Positions 25,130 through 40,553 of a DNA stretch of 64,000 bases are shown in pieces. The notes below the pieces were generated by a model that saw only the letters and a list, made by a program, of their open reading frames with translations, did not search any database and was not told the origin of the DNA. Location of the stretch: positions 8,742,001-8,806,000 of the forward strand of contig JAQFVV010000010.1 in the NCBI GenBank assembly GCA_028023455.1, given 5' to 3'. Made by a program: the position numbers and the translations under genes. The DNA comes from Epiperipatus broadwayi. Taxonomy: Eukaryota; Animalia; Onychophora. Each line of letters opens with the position of its first letter. Positions within the stretch are counted from its first letter, which is position 1.

Positions 25130-26537
25130 GTTCAAATTCGAAATACAACATTCATTAAACAAATGTGTAAGATGACTTAATTGGAAAATATGATTGAATT
25201 CATATATGTTCTTGTGCTATTACTAATAAAAGTTATTATCTTACACATATGATGAATTTGATTGATGAGATGTAAATTATTTTTTGAATTTATATAAAAT
25301 AATTTTTAAGACATTCATTTATTTTACTTTTTTTAAATTCAGTAGAAAATTTTCGAATTAAAGAAATATGTAATAAAAATTTTGAAGGTAGATTGAAAAA
25401 AATTTTGATGTACATATCAAATATTTAGTTATATTTCTTTTATTGTTGCTGTTTAGTATTTCACAATTAATTGTTAAATAATTTTATATTAATTTATTTA
25501 TGTATATTTCTGTAATAAAGTATTATTATAATTTATCTAGTGCTATCATTTTCATTTATTTATTTATTATGAATTTGATAAATATTTATAAACGAGATAT
25601 ACTCAGCATAAATAGGCTATGGTTTTTTTAATTGGTTGCTTTAACAATTTTTTTTAAAGATTTAATGCAAATTAAGCATAGAATTTTCATATTCTATAAA
25701 TAAACATGGGGATTGTACACGGACCTGAAAGAGGCCATTTTGACTTTAATTATATGCTAACCAAAATTAAATTTAAATATGATACAACAGCATCTATCTT
25801 TCCTCCTCATTAAATATTTATATTTCAAACATAAATTTTTGTATTGATCCACATTTTCTTAATGATTTAAATTCTATATATCTGTAGTTAAAAGCACATG
25901 TACTGATTCTTTTTCCAAGCATTTTTTTTATATTAATGGTGACTTCCTTCATGTTAACATAATATTCATTCATGAATTTATACACTGGAATCACATTTTC
26001 TTTGTTATTTAAATACTATGTATAAGTACTGGTTTTTCCTGATGGAATTACTTTCTTTGCATAAATGTAATATTTTTTAAATTGGTTTTGAATTTGACAC
26101 ATGACAGTCAGTCACAAATCAGATAACGGAGAAAATAGGGATTTTATATGTAAGACACACTCTGATTTCATCATGTACTCCAATCATTATTATCTATATA
26201 ATAATTGAAATTTGATCTTGTAATTTGTATTCATGGTATGCTTACCACAAGGGCTATTGCAGTAAGACTAGGGCAGGTTAGTTTGGATATAAATTAGATA
26301 AATGTTTTGGTTTACATGCCTGCTCATAAAACATAATAAGTATTGTAAGTTTGGTTAAATAAATAAGCTTTGATTTACAGATTAAATGTTTTATTATTTA
26401 TGCATTTTAGTTTATAAAACAGCAGATCAAAATATGTTATTTATATATAAATGCCTAATTATTGTATATAGTCACATGGTGCAGTCTATTATATAAATTG
26501 ATTTCCTAACATATAGTAACATTTAAACTTACTTATA

Positions 26538-26562
26538 CAATAATAATAACAACAACAATAAC

Positions 26563-26621
<59 letters not shown>

Positions 26622-26631
26622 TGATGATGAT
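26538..26631. repeat. Compound microsatellite (AAC/AAT)n(GAT)n
   Basis: Directly visible. Confidence 0.95.
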
Positions 26632-27980
26632 AAACAGCCATTCATAAATGAGTATAACTAATATATTTATATAACAATTTTCATATACCTACCTATTTCA
26701 ATATACATAAAACTTTATCTGGAAATATGTTCTAATCAGAATGCATTTCAACATTTCTTATATGCAAATCTCACTTTAATATTGAAACCATCACTCAATA
26801 TGTGAGAGTTCAGTCTATTTATTTAACATTTAGTGGTTTTCATAATATATTCTGAAATTTACTTTGTCACACACATATATACATATACACACATATTGTT
26901 TTGTCATCAAATTATACAATTTATTAAATGATATAGTGAACATTTTTTGAAATCAATTATATTCTGAATGTGTAAAATGATATTTATGCTTTAGTTACTC
27001 AAAACTAAATAAGAATAACAAATAACTATGTTTTCTATTGATCAAATCTCTGAATTATAATTATTTAGATGTCATTTAAAATGGAAGAAATTATGCCACA
27101 ATAAAATAAGTCTAATAAAAAAATTAATTTTTTACTTATTTGTCATTGAAACAAAGTAATTCTAATAGAATGAATACAAATTTTTCCTCTTTCAGAATAC
27201 AAATCATAATTTTCATAGAAATTGAAATGTTAAAATTTCTGGTTAAATTCTGAATAATGTGTAAATACATGCAATACATATAATTTCTCAACTGTATGAG
27301 ACATAAAAACTTTCAATTCTATATTAAAAATTTATTTTCACTAATTTAACAACTGAAACAAAAATATATATCAATTTCCAATATCAAATTTCTAATTCCA
27401 TAACAGACATAAAAAAAGAAAACCATATGATGAATTTTCCCCGAATAATACATTTATATAAAGAAATTAAACCAATCTTCAAGATATATAATTTTTCTAT
27501 CTGACTGCATAGTTCAGAGACATTAAAATTAATAGTCTATGCCACGTTTTTTAAGTAATAAGAAGGAAAGATATAAAATAATGACAACTTCTAATGCTAA
27601 ATTATTATTCTTTAGTTGTCATTTTAAAAAAAAGAAAATTATATAGTCATTGTTATAACAATTTTAAAATTATACAAATATTCCATCTACCTACACAATC
27701 CAGAAACAAAGAAATTAGGATTCTATGCTAAAGTTTGTTTTCGACAACAAAATAATAAATTGATACATTTTATAAGATGGTGTCTTTTAATATCAGATTA
27801 TTAAATTACTATAACAACCAAGATTCATAAAAAAGAATGTGATCAGAGTTTAATAAGTGTAACACATTTTTTAAAGAAAGTTCCATCTACTCATAAGTTG
27901 TGTAGAAATTGCAATTTCTGTACAGCAGTTTTTAAAAACAAAGAATGATTCTATTCTAAAATTTTATTTTCAATAACAAA

Positions 27981-28434
27981 AATACATTAAAGATCAGCCT
28001 GTCAAGCTATTGTGCATGCACTTTTTACAAGTGTTAATAATAAATGAATACTTTGACTCCCAACACAAGATATATTATTTAGGAAAGAATAAAATGAATC
28101 CACTTATTTTATCCAACCCAAATGCTTATATATGGGAAAATCTTAAGTACTGGAAGTGAAAGTGTGAGGATAGACCAATCACTTTAAATTACTGTTTACG
28201 ATGTCTATCCTCATGCTTTCACTTTCAGTACTTAAGATTTGCCCATATATAAGCATTTGGGTTGGATAAAATAAGTGGATTCATTTTATTCTTTCCTAAA
28301 TACTATATCTTGTGTTGGGAGTCAAAGTATTTATTTATTATTAACACTCTTAAAAAGCGCATGCACAATAGCTTGACAGGCGGATCTTCAATGTATTACA
28401 ATGTATAAACATGCGCTATATAAAATAAATGCTT
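27981..28434. mobile_element. F3 fold-back insertion
   Basis: Arms 27981-28174 and 28204-28397 are reverse complements; the right arm continues about 37 nt further; 9-bp TSD aataacaaa at 27972-27980 and 28435-28443. Confidence 0.85.
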
Positions 28435-29352
28435 AATAACAAATAAAGTAAATAAATTTTATATAGTCATAGATTCTAATGTCATATTGCTAAATTATTA
28501 TATTAGCCAAGATTAAAAAAACTTGGGATCAGATTAATTCTCATAACACATTTTTATAAAAAATTAAAGAACTATAAGCTTAAATTGAAAATATCAATTT
28601 TCTATAGAATAATTTTTAAAAGCATAAACTTTGTAATTTTTTAAAATAAAAATTAATCTAAAATTGCCAAAATATTTTACAATTCATATCTGCCCAAAAT
28701 TATGTCACCCACTCAATATAACAAAATATCATATAATGGTTAAATTTTTTATGACAAATTTTTATTTGTAAGTGTATTAATATGCATTTAATAACAATTT
28801 TAACAAATATAATCAACACATTTGCAATTCTATATTAAAAATTCATTTATTTTTTAAAAAGTAGTGAGAATTTTTATCTTCATACAAGATTACTTAATTT
28901 AATATAGAAATATGTGGCGACAATATATTAGCTCTATATAAAAATGTTGAATTGATAAAAGTCATATCTGATTATTCATTATTCATTCTTATTTCTGTCT
29001 AGAATAGAACACATACATTTTTGAAATTCTAAACGTAATATATAATTTCAAAATTTAAATTGCAAATCAATTTTTATGAAGTGATCAGTTTTATATTACT
29101 TTTTGGAAAAAAAAGTATACACTGAAACTTACATTTCTGTTGTAATTTTTTATTATTTAATCATACAAAATTTCAAAAAAATGTAGGTACACAATAGATT
29201 TGAAAGTATTTATTTATTTATTATTATTAACTAATAATTTAAACTTTTTAATCATTTTTGTTTTATCACCATTTTTAAAATATAGGAAAATAGTGCTACA
29301 TTTATCTACAGGACAGTTTTCAAATTTTTATCAATTAACAAGGCAAAATTTC

Positions 29353-32120
29353 AATAGGTGGAGCTGCTTCTGGAAAGAAAATCACTTGCTTCACAGCTCT
29401 CTTGAAAAGACTTTAAAAAGTCAGTTTTCCTGCTATCAGAAGTATTCCCTATGTGTATTTGTCCGTTTAAAGAACATTATTTGCTGTTTGTGTGCCTTTT
29501 CATTCACAATTATCAGTTTTTAGTGTATTTCATCATTATTTCATTGCATCTACTATCTGACTACTATCTGATTGTCTACAATAGATTACCATATTCTTCC
29601 CCCTGTTTGATAGGTTCAGTGTTCTATGTACTATAGAGGGTTTTATTTCCTCCTAGACCCTTGATTTCATTTCCTCTCCCATTCTCTTATCACTCAAAAC
29701 TTTTTTTACCAAATTTTTTTATGTATTGTTCCAATTATTCAGGTCATTAAAAACAATCTTCTTTTCTCACTCCCCCCTCTGGAGTAGCAACTGCCTTAAT
29801 TTCTAATCAATTTTTGTATTAACCAACTATAATTAACATTAGCAATCTCTCCAGTGTGAAATTACTTCATTTTTTTAAAATCAAATTTTTTAGATTTCAC
29901 TTCAATACTTTCTTTATATAATCTGTAACTCTTCCAAACAGTTTAAAGATGGCCACCGCCCCTAGCGACAAAAATGTACAAAACCATAATTCACAAATCA
30001 AAAATCTTCAAAACTTCCAAAAATGTTAACTAAATTAAACTCCAAAGAAACTTTCAGCACAGAATCTATTTCAGGATCTCCATCCCCAGACCCTCTGGAT
30101 TTTTCTCCCCTACAGCTTGCCCCATCAAAGGCAAGAAGCAATTCCAAAAAAGTAATCTCACCAATCAAAAGGTTGCTCCAAGCAAAGCTGGGACCATTAA
30201 AAACTCCTCAAAAACGGCCTGCTACACCTAAGTTTAATACAGAAACCTCAGCCAACTTTGATTTCTCTAAAAATTTAACACACAATAACTACTTCAAAGA
30301 TGATGCTACTCATAATTCCCCATCTCAATCTATGAGCGCAACCAAGTCTGCCAGTACTACTCTCACTAATATCAGTCACACTATAGAGCAATCCCTTATT
30401 AAAAATCCATCACCACAGCAAGTCTTTGCTAACTCCTATGCTCAGGCTGCATCTAGCATCTTACCAAAAAGTCCTAATAGAACCACAACACAAACACCTC
30501 AAGTGGAGCTCCTTCAAAATCTGTGGGACCTTGATGAGGACAATCTTAACAACCATGATTCAGCCACCTCTGAAACCTTCATTCCTACTAAACAGCTCAC
30601 ACCAGAGAATCACACAGTGATCTCAGAACAATTTAACCAAACAGTTCCACTGCCCCTCCTCAAGTCACTTCGTTTCTACCAGAGTGACAGCTCTGTCATT
30701 CTGGAGGTTACAGATCTACAATGTGGACTCCATAAATTTCCAACACAGCAGCTCTATGACCTTATCAAACTCCACAAGCTAACTGATTATATACATAAAA
30801 TCCTCACCCTTCCTAATGACTGATACATGGCATTAGAGTTTCACAAAACAATACAAAGACAAGCCTTCGAAAACAGATTCAAATTTTTAAACAATATGTT
30901 CATGGTTCCAATAGACACCAATAGACCATCCATACTTAAGGGGTTTATCAAAAACTGCCACATAGGTATGCAGAGGCAGCACCTACAGAAATATCTCGAG
31001 GCATTCAGACAAGTTACCTCATTTGAGTACCTTAGAGATCCTCTCACCAATGGTCTTACCTTCACCAACACAGCCTTATTTCAATTCATTCCCACAACAA
31101 TAGCATCTGAACTAGCATCTTTGGTAATTTCAATTAAGGCCACAATGTTTCACCTGCAAAGACCGCAACCACCTTAATCGGGACTGCCCTCATAAAAATA
31201 AATGCAACTCTTGCCAGAAAGAAAAGGGCCTAAACCACATCTGTGCTCCGCACAGTCCCAATAAATATGAACATCCTCCTTCAGCTAACCTCTCACCTCC
31301 ACCTCACTTCAATTCAATCTTTCAGCATTCAGCCACCCTCTCACCTTTCAGTAAGATTCCAGCTTCCTCTAGGCCACATAATTTTGGTCTCACTTGCAGC
31401 CCACAACTCTCAGTTACAGCTCGCTCACAGGACCTCCTTTCCTTAATGTACATGAGCACTTATTCAAACTCAGAAATCATCCTGTCTGAGTCTACCAACT
31501 CTGGCCCTTCTGCCACTAATAAGAAACATCAGAAGCGTGCATGCCCTAACCCATCAGATAGTGACACCAACTGTGACAGGCAGATTTCCATCCTTGATCT
31601 TCCCAGTAAAATCATAATGGATCCTTTTCCTGAACCAAGGGCAAGTCTCAGACATTCAGAAAACACAAGGAAAAAAAGAATTCTTTCAGCAAAAAATTCC
31701 CTGGCTTCAACCTGGGCCTCGTCACCCTCCTCCCTTCGCACTCTCTCATCTTCCTCTGCTGAAATTTTCTCAGACAGTGGCTCATCAAGTAACATCAAGA
31801 ATGAATCATTGTGCAATTCTGGCAGGAGAAGCAAGAACTGTACTCCTCATATCTCTCCCAACCCTGCTCATCCTCGCTCACCATAAAATTTCCGTATTCC
31901 TACCTTTTTCTAAATATGTGCTTTTCTAACCAGCCTGAACTACACACCATTTCCCCAGTCCACTTCCCATCCCCTTTTTACATGTATCCTTCCCCTCTTA
32001 CCATTTTGTTCCTGAAATTTCATTTGTTTCATTGTATCTATATTTTTTTTTGATGAATAAACATCTCATCACTGAGAAAAAAAAAAAAAAAAAACACTCA
32101 TCACTGAGAAAAAAAAAAAA
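29353..32120 (+). mobile_element. Full-length ORF1-only (half-LINE) Tx1/L1-clade element
   Basis: TSD caaggcaaaatttc (29339-29352) / caatgcaaaatttc (32121-32134); ORF1 followed directly by a 3'UTR shared with 52651-52820; AATAAA and polyA. Confidence 0.75.
29949..31886 (+). pseudogene. Disrupted ORF1 (gag-like: Ser/Pro-rich, RRM-like region, CCHC zinc knuckle)
   Basis: ATG 29949 MATAPSDK, frameshift at ~30020, in-frame TGA at 30821-30823, frameshift at ~31140 into CFTCKDRNHLNRDC (C-x2-C-x4-H-x4-C), which reads through into ORF 31446-31886. Confidence 0.8.
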
Positions 32121-32186
32121 CAATGCAAAATTTCTTTGCAATCAAATACATATAAGTATAAATTTAAATTTACTTATTTAATTATT

Positions 32187-32357
32187 TAAGTAATATTTAC
32201 TGAGGCTGTAACCTCGAATAAAATACAACAGTAGGGACCTCTACAGGTGTTTAATCTGTAGAGGTCCCTACTATTGCATTTTATACGCATATTCTCGAGG
32301 TTACAGCCTCAGTAAATATTACTTACATAATCAATGTGCGTTTAATAAATTTATAAT
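32187..32357. mobile_element. F4 palindromic insertion with collapsed centre
   Basis: Arms taagtaatatttactgaggctgtaacctcg...ctctacag and its complement; TSD (t)tatttaattatt at 32174-32186 and 32357-32369. Confidence 0.85.
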
Positions 32358-32588
32358 TATTTAATTATTATTAAATTATTTCTTTAAAATAAGTTACATT
32401 AAATTTTTTTAAATATATTGTTCATTTTTAAACATATTACTCTTTACCAATATAAATACAGGTTTGTAAAGGAGCAACTTTGTGTCTTTCATAAAATTTT
32501 CCAAATATGGATTTAATTTTGAACCCAGGTTTCAAATTAGTGGTAGTCTATCCATAAATATTAAACTGAAATTGTTTTGTGCCGATAT

Positions 32589-32693
32589 ATATATATATTT
32601 TATGTGTCATAGCATCGGCTGGGAAGCGAACCCGTTAACCGGGACAACTGCTTGTAAGGCAACTGTACTGACTACTCGACCACCGACGCTTGG
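32589..32693 (-). mobile_element. tRNA-Val(TAC)-like SINE, best-preserved copy
   Basis: Acceptor GCGTCGG/CCGATGC (32689-32612), CTTACAA loop, extra CCCG-GTTAA-CGGG hairpin before the T loop; TSD gccgatat at 32581-32588 and 32695-32702. Confidence 0.85.
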
Positions 32694-35600
32694 CGCCGAT
32701 ATTTTTATAAGTGAATTTTCTAAATTGTATTAAAAATTCTAAATAATCCTCAATTTTGCCTAAAAAAGTTTTTAATCGCAATCACATTTATATATATGCG
32801 TATGATATAATCTAAAAAAATGTAATAAAATTTTACATTGCATTTGAATATTATGATAGAAAATTACATCTTTATTACAGCTAAAAAGAAAGATGAAAAT
32901 GTAGATTAAGTGGAGTATTACATTTTTTAAAATCAGAACTTTTCCCTAATATATTTACGATCAAATAAGCCTATAGTTATGAATATATAAAATTGACGTC
33001 AATTAGTTCATTCTTAATAAAAATTAAACGAAAAAAAAAGTGGTTGTTTATTAAGCTGCATCAATCTATTTTCACTTAGTAAAGAAGAATAGAAAATTTG
33101 ATGATTATTTAAATATGTGTAATTTAAATCGTTATACTAATAAATGTCTACTTAAATTTTGTAATGGAGTTTTTATTCTTAGCAGCTGAAAGATTAAAAA
33201 GATTTATAAAATGTATGCTTTAAGAAGTAGGTTGAGTCAACATAAAGAAGAAATTTGTCAAAAGTGTCATAAGAGATTTGTTGTTTTAAGCTGGAATTTT
33301 TATGCGAAGCTAGAATTTCAACTAAAAAAATGTTCATAATAAGTAAAAGTATATAATAATAGATTTAAGTTAAAATATTTATTTTAATGGTTAAAAATAA
33401 TTTTATGTATAAAAATTAATTTAATAAATTATTTCAAGATAGATATTTAACTATAATTGCAGTAAAAAGCATTTTGAAGTTATAAATGATTTAATTGTAA
33501 AATTGAAATATTTTCACAATTCAAATTGGAATAAACATTTGAGCTAAGATAAAACAAGCTTAATAAACTTAGGAGACAATAAAAACATCACACTATGTCA
33601 ATCATTTGTTAAAATCAAGAATTTATAAAAATGTAGAGATAATTAAGAAAAAGCATATTCTACAAAAGAAAATACAATTGCATGATGATTGTAAGATTCA
33701 CAAGTCAACAACTTCCTATGCTCAAACGTCTTAAGAATTCCCAAGCATAAATCCATTCAATTACTATTTGCCAATTATAAATGGCTTGTTATTAATAGAA
33801 ACCATCAAACATAAATCCATAGATTAGTAAAATGAATAAGCAGAAAATCATAGAGATAGAAAATAAAGCAGCTTTGAAATAGCTTCTGCAGGTCAAAAAT
33901 CCTTGTGACAGCGCCTCTCCCTCCCACCAATAAAAAGTGAATGAGAAGGCCTTATTAATAAGGTATTCTGAATTCTGAGCAAGGGTTTCTCATTCTTGAT
34001 TTATCTTTAGGTAAGAATAGCTTGATATGCATTTAAAGACCAATTTTGCATGATTAGCTGGGTTGGATTAAGGCCAGTTATCTAAAAAATTTTGAAGCCT
34101 GTTCATACAATAAAAGATAATTTTTAGTTTTAATTGACCAAGCTTGAAATCTCAGGTCATGCACATGAAAAATGAATGGTAATCCACCTACTTATAAGGT
34201 TTTTCTAAAGGATCATATACATTTTAATGAGTTTTTCAATTAATTTACAGGATAATTCAATATTTACTGTAAAAAATAATGGGCACTGAAATTTCTGTTC
34301 AGTATTTGAAATTTGATTACTATCTCTTTATTGCTCAATTTTTTTATAATATAATAATCAACTTCTTTTTTTGCATTTTTTGTAATTTTATTTTATTTTC
34401 TAATTATTTTAGCTGACTTCTAATCTTCATCAATGATTTAAGTAGATCTCTGATAAATAGTGCAGATTAAGTTAAAAACAGAAATAAAATTCTTTATAAA
34501 AAAGTGCAAAAAGAGAAGTAATGTATTACATTATATAATTAATTAGATATTCATTTAAAATTTACACAAACTATAAAAGTCAAAACAAAAATAATATAAT
34601 CCCAAACTTTTACTAAAACAAAAGATAGATGTAATAATTGCTGATACATCAATTATGGTAATACTGATATAAAATATATTCAGATTATCTACATATATAA
34701 GAAAATTTTTGGTTACCAACATTTAAATAAAACTAACTAATGCACTTAAATATATGTTGTAAAAACAAGTTCAACAGAAACAACCAAGATTCTTCATGCT
34801 GAATGGATGTAAATGCTAATTAAATGTTACAAAAATTATTTTGAGCAAGAAATATTTTTATACTTAATGGAATTTAATGACAACTTTTAAAATTTTAAGC
34901 AATTTAATGTCATAAAAGCAAACAGAGTCTACACCACCTTGAGAATCAGACATTTTGAGGTTAAAAAAAACCATCATCATAATTATTTTGGTACACAGTT
35001 ACTTTTGTATTATCATTCCCAATATAATTTTGTATTCCATGTTTTTCTTTTTCAATTGCTATATCACTGAAAAACTTTACTTCATTTAAATAATATACTA
35101 GTCAGTAGGTTGAAACATAAATGTGCCATATCATATGTTTAACTAGAGTTTAAATCTCTGATCAGGTTTAAGACTTTTATTTCAGATAATTGGACTAATG
35201 ACAATCAGTTAATAATCCATTATTGGTCAACAATGATAAAAAATACTTAAGGCTTTTCCACATTTCTATTGGCAAGGCTGGTGAATAAGGTTTTTCTATT
35301 TCACTGCTTTTCTATGGAGAACTGTTGGAGAAGTATTTGATCTGCTTTGGGCTGTTTAAAGTATATTTAACTAATCAAAATTATGTATGGCAACTACAGT
35401 TGTTTGATAATAATTTATATAAAAATTCATATTGTCTGTGAAACAAACTAAAGTTTTTCTTTAATCAAAACAGAATATATCTCCTTAGAGAGAGTTCTAA
35501 AGCATAAAACCATTGGTCAGAAGTTTAGGGGAAGTTTCCTAACAGAAATATTTTAAATGCTTTCTCTGGCTAAGCATTTATCACAAAGCTTGTTGAGCAA

Positions 35601-38265
35601 TTGGCAATGTTCATTGTTTATATCTTACAAGCTTAAAAAAATGGTGTCATATGATCTATGACTCTATTTTTTATTTAAAAATTAAGGTTTCATAAAACTA
35701 AACTTCCATAAAATAGGTTGAATCATTTGCTGAAAAATCCAAAATCTTATTGAAATCACATTTTTTAAAAGTAGTTTTTTTTTTAATAGCAGTATTGTCT
35801 GTATATTTCTAGGAGCATCATTATGAAATAATACACATTTTCCCTTTCAAATTTCTGTGTTTATTTAGGAATTTTTCATGTGTCTTTAGATTCACAGATA
35901 ATTATCTAAATGGCTTACCATTAATCATTAAAAGTTTATCTAAAACTATTTGTTAAACAAGTAATGATTTAAACTAGAAATGATTTAGATAAAAGTGATG
36001 AATGAAAAGTTATGAATCTTTGAAATATATTTAAATTTTGCAAAATATAGACTTCATATTTTATTTTAATGTATAAAAGAAATTATTAGATTTTTTTAAA
36101 GTGGTAATAATAATCATTAATGATTTCATAATATGTAGTATACCAAACTACCTGTGATGGTCAATTCATGAAGTTACTTTTAGCTATCTAGCTAATGTAT
36201 TGCTAAAAAAATTTATGATATATATATCTCATTTTATAAATCTGATGAAATTCATCTGGTTTGCATAATTTCTTCTGAATTAAGAGATTTCTCTGAAGAA
36301 AAGGAATATTTTAAAAAATATTGCATCTGTTAAAAAAATAATTGTATGAATAGTTGATTAGATGCTTGAATAATATTTGAGTACAATGGTGTCCATTTGA
36401 GCTCTACATTTCTTCTCAAATATCCAAAATGAAATATTTGTTACTTTCCTTTGATGGGAATCAATGCATTTTTGAGGAAATATTACAAGACAACAGAATA
36501 TTGTCAGATAGTTAATTAAATGATATATAATTCATAAAATAATATAAACTTAGTTTTTACTTATACTTTGTTTGCATGTTCAGGATATTATATACCAGAA
36601 AACCAGTTAATGAAATTTTGAGTATTACCAATATTTGTTGACTATATCACATTTTAAATATTAAATTACTTATTTTAATGTTTTTGAAACAGTATTATTT
36701 AATAATGAACGAACCATTGATGACTTTGAAAAATCAAATAATTGTTTTGTCATTCTAAAGCAGGAGTGGATAACCTTTTCAAATTATGTGCATTATAAGA
36801 TATTGTCATATCAGATCACACTAATATATATATATATATTACAAATATTGCATTTAATACAAGATATATATAATTTTAAAAATTATTGTTGGTTTTTCAG
36901 AATTGTCACAATTAATTGTTTATAGTTTCTAAATGATTGAAAACAAAGATCAACCACAATAAAAGGTCATTATGTTGGTATAATTATGAATTAAACACAC
37001 TAAAATTAAATAATAGAAATATGCATATGGTCACAGGTTGCTAATGTCAATTCTTCAAAAATGACATTTATATAATGATTATTAAGAATAAATATTGATA
37101 TGAAGCCATCTATATTTACTATTAGATTTAAAGTGAAATGTGTTGGTTATATATATATAAATTAATTTATTGTAAATAACATATATTAGGGCTATAACCT
37201 TAAAACTATGCACCTAAAATGCGACAGTAGTACAATATTAACATATATATGGGGCAAAAAGTTTAGTAAATTGAAAAAAGATTGCTATAAATATTTAATT
37301 ACATTAAAAATTCGTAATAATAGCTTACATTTCTTCCCTTTTTATTAGTTACTGACAAGAATAACATTTAAATTATAGTAAATTAAATTGGATTCAATAT
37401 CAATATAACTTATTATAGTTTCAGTGATGGCTGCAGAGGCTTAATTTTTCAAAGATTACCTCCTTTATCTTTAGCATGACTGAAAATAATTATGACATTA
37501 CTGTGATATTGACTTAAAACTTTAATTTTATCCTATACATCCTGAATCTTAAGATAAAAGCTTAATTTTCTCTCAGTCAAATATATACTATAGCTAAGTT
37601 ATACTTAGCATCTATGATTCTTTCCTAAAGAAAGGCATTCACTGCCTAACAATTTGAGATCCAAGTCAATACTTCTGTTTACAATCAGAGTCATAACTAT
37701 TATTATTCGGTTGGATATTTCTGCTATCTTTATTTAGTCTTATTTGTAAACTTGTCCAAGTTTTTAGTCATAATAATATCACTTTCTATTCTGACCATTT
37801 CTTTTAAATAAGAATATTCTTATAACTCTAAATGAAAAAAAATGCCACCAGTTTTCCTTCTCACAATTCTATTCTTTACTGACTCCCCCCCCCCTTCAGT
37901 GTTTCTAAGAGCTACTTTAAGTAGACTACCAGCAATCCAAAATCCTTAGTTTAGACAAGTTTTGATTTTCAGATTTCAACAATAAATCTTTTCTTATCCA
38001 TTGTAAACTCAAAACTGTGATGTGAATAAAAAAAAAAGTAGATTTTTTTTCTATATTTTGTATTTTTATAGTTTTTTTTGTGTACTGATAAATTTATTTT
38101 ATTAAGAACCACATATTTTAAAATATAAAATGAGCTCAGATTTAACTAGGACAAAATTTTATATAGCAATGATTAAAACAATTAATTTAAATGTATTTGA
38201 ACAATAAATAATTTGAATTAAAGTGATTTGATTAAGGATAATCTAAGTATACTATTATTAATGAA

Positions 38266-38573
<308 letters not shown>

Positions 38574-40428
38574 TTTTTTAAATTCTCCATAAAATATTTT
38601 ATGGCCTTTAGTAATATTCTCATTATCTTAGTTGGGTCATAACTAGATCTCACAAATTTATCCAAACAATTTTTATTTTTTATTTCAGTGCTATTTACTC
38701 ATAGATATAAAAAAAAATATGTCTATTTTATTTTATCTAAATAAATGTTTCATTTGTATAAATATTCATTATTGCCACACTAATACTGTTATTATTAAAA
38801 TTTATTCTTAAGTCTTTTTCTTTAAAATCATTTAGAATATTTTGCATCTTTATGATATTAATTTAGTAGTATTATTGTAAAAATAACCTTTAAAATCCAA
38901 AGTTCACTTCATAAAGCTTTCTTATCTGAATTTCACTTTCTTTTATAACTTAAAAAAATAAATAGATTTTTTTCTAAAGTTATTTTATTTTTACAACTTT
39001 AAAAAATATTTTAAAATATGGTGATAATTATTGGTGTATTTAAATTACTGAATTCTATTATATATTGAGCAATAAATATATTTATCATATATATAAAATC
39101 AGTTTCATTTTAAATATCACATTTTTTTTGAATCAACAAAACAGTGATGACATTAATAATACATAATTCCTGACCCCCCCCATCAATTATTTATCTCCTC
39201 TTTACATACATCATCACCAATATTAGCAAAAACTCATAAACAAATATGACCATACTTTTTAAAAAAATAACAATTTGATGGAGATTCTGGAAAAAAAAGT
39301 TAAAAAATGACTTTAAGATGAGTATATTAATAATTCACGTACCATAAATATATCTCCATATAAAATAAGCTAGTTGGTTATCCAGTGCATTTATATAATA
39401 TCTTAGAATGCAGATCTTTAAACATTTCAATTGCAACATATTTTTTGTTAGACATTTCTAAATCTTTATTATAATTTAATTTCTATTATATCTTTTGAAT
39501 AAATGAAATCAATATTTTAGATCTTTAATTTTTTTTTGAGATTTAATGATCTCTTCTTCAGAAGATGAAATCTATAATAATTGGGCTATGATCCAGTTAT
39601 ATTTTTGAAATATTATGAAGCATCTTCAAATAAAAGTTTTCCAGTATCTTTACTGTCATTAAGGGTTTTACTTTTTATTCCTACACAACGAAGTTGGCTG
39701 ATAAACAGAATTATATTTAGCTAATTTAATTGAAACAATAACATTACTATGATAAAATTACCCTGTGTTTAAACTTGTTTAATGTCATAGTACTACACTC
39801 AAATTATTGCTACATTTTATCATCAAAGTAAACTTTGCAATCTAAAAATGTATCTAGATAATTAAAATTATTTATATTCTCAAGTAAAAATTCATCAAAA
39901 CCAATAATTGCTGAAGAATTTTTTATTTATCATGGTTGAGCATTTAAATATTTTTTTTTTAAACACACATTGCTAAACAAAATTTCTTATAGTTAATATT
40001 CAAAACATTATGTAGATTATCCTTTTAATAAGCTGAGAAAGCATATTGTAAATCTAGAAGACAAAAATGATATTCCTCTTTTTCATTTAATTGATTCTAT
40101 TTAAAAATTCTACTATCAAATCTCTTCTACGTTTTGATGATTCCTTCACACAGCTATTTTAAATTATTTCAAGTCATTGTTACAAAATTTAGAAAATTGT
40201 ATATATAAAATATCTCTGTTTAACATCTATTTTGATTCTAAATGAATTATTATTCTATTATGAATCAAATTATTTCATTTCATATGACAATATAATATAT
40301 GTATAATATAAATAAAGTTTGTTGATGACCCAACTCCATTCAAAGATTATCACAAATATTCTTAATTAACAGATTTGGGTATTTAGAACAAATCACTAAT
40401 AGTTATATTTATCTATTAGATTAATTCC

Positions 40429-40553
40429 AATGTCTTTAGAAAAATTTCACTTTATTTAAATCTTCCAATTATATTCAATTGTTAGTAATAGGGGACACAT
40501 TACTAACAATTAAATGTAATTGGAAAATAAGTTAAAATTTTTCTAAAGACATT
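40429..40553. repeat. Imperfect ~60-bp-arm inverted repeat
   Basis: aatgtctttagaaaaattt...aattgttagtaat [aggggacac] attactaacaatt...aaatttttctaaagacatt. Confidence 0.75.

Noticed and set aside
31529-31834. 101-aa antisense ORF
   Set aside because: Shadow of the Ser-rich ORF1 C-terminus
32612-32689. Functional tRNA-Val(TAC) gene
   Set aside because: Extra hairpin disrupts the T arm; has a SINE tail, TSD and multiple diverged copies
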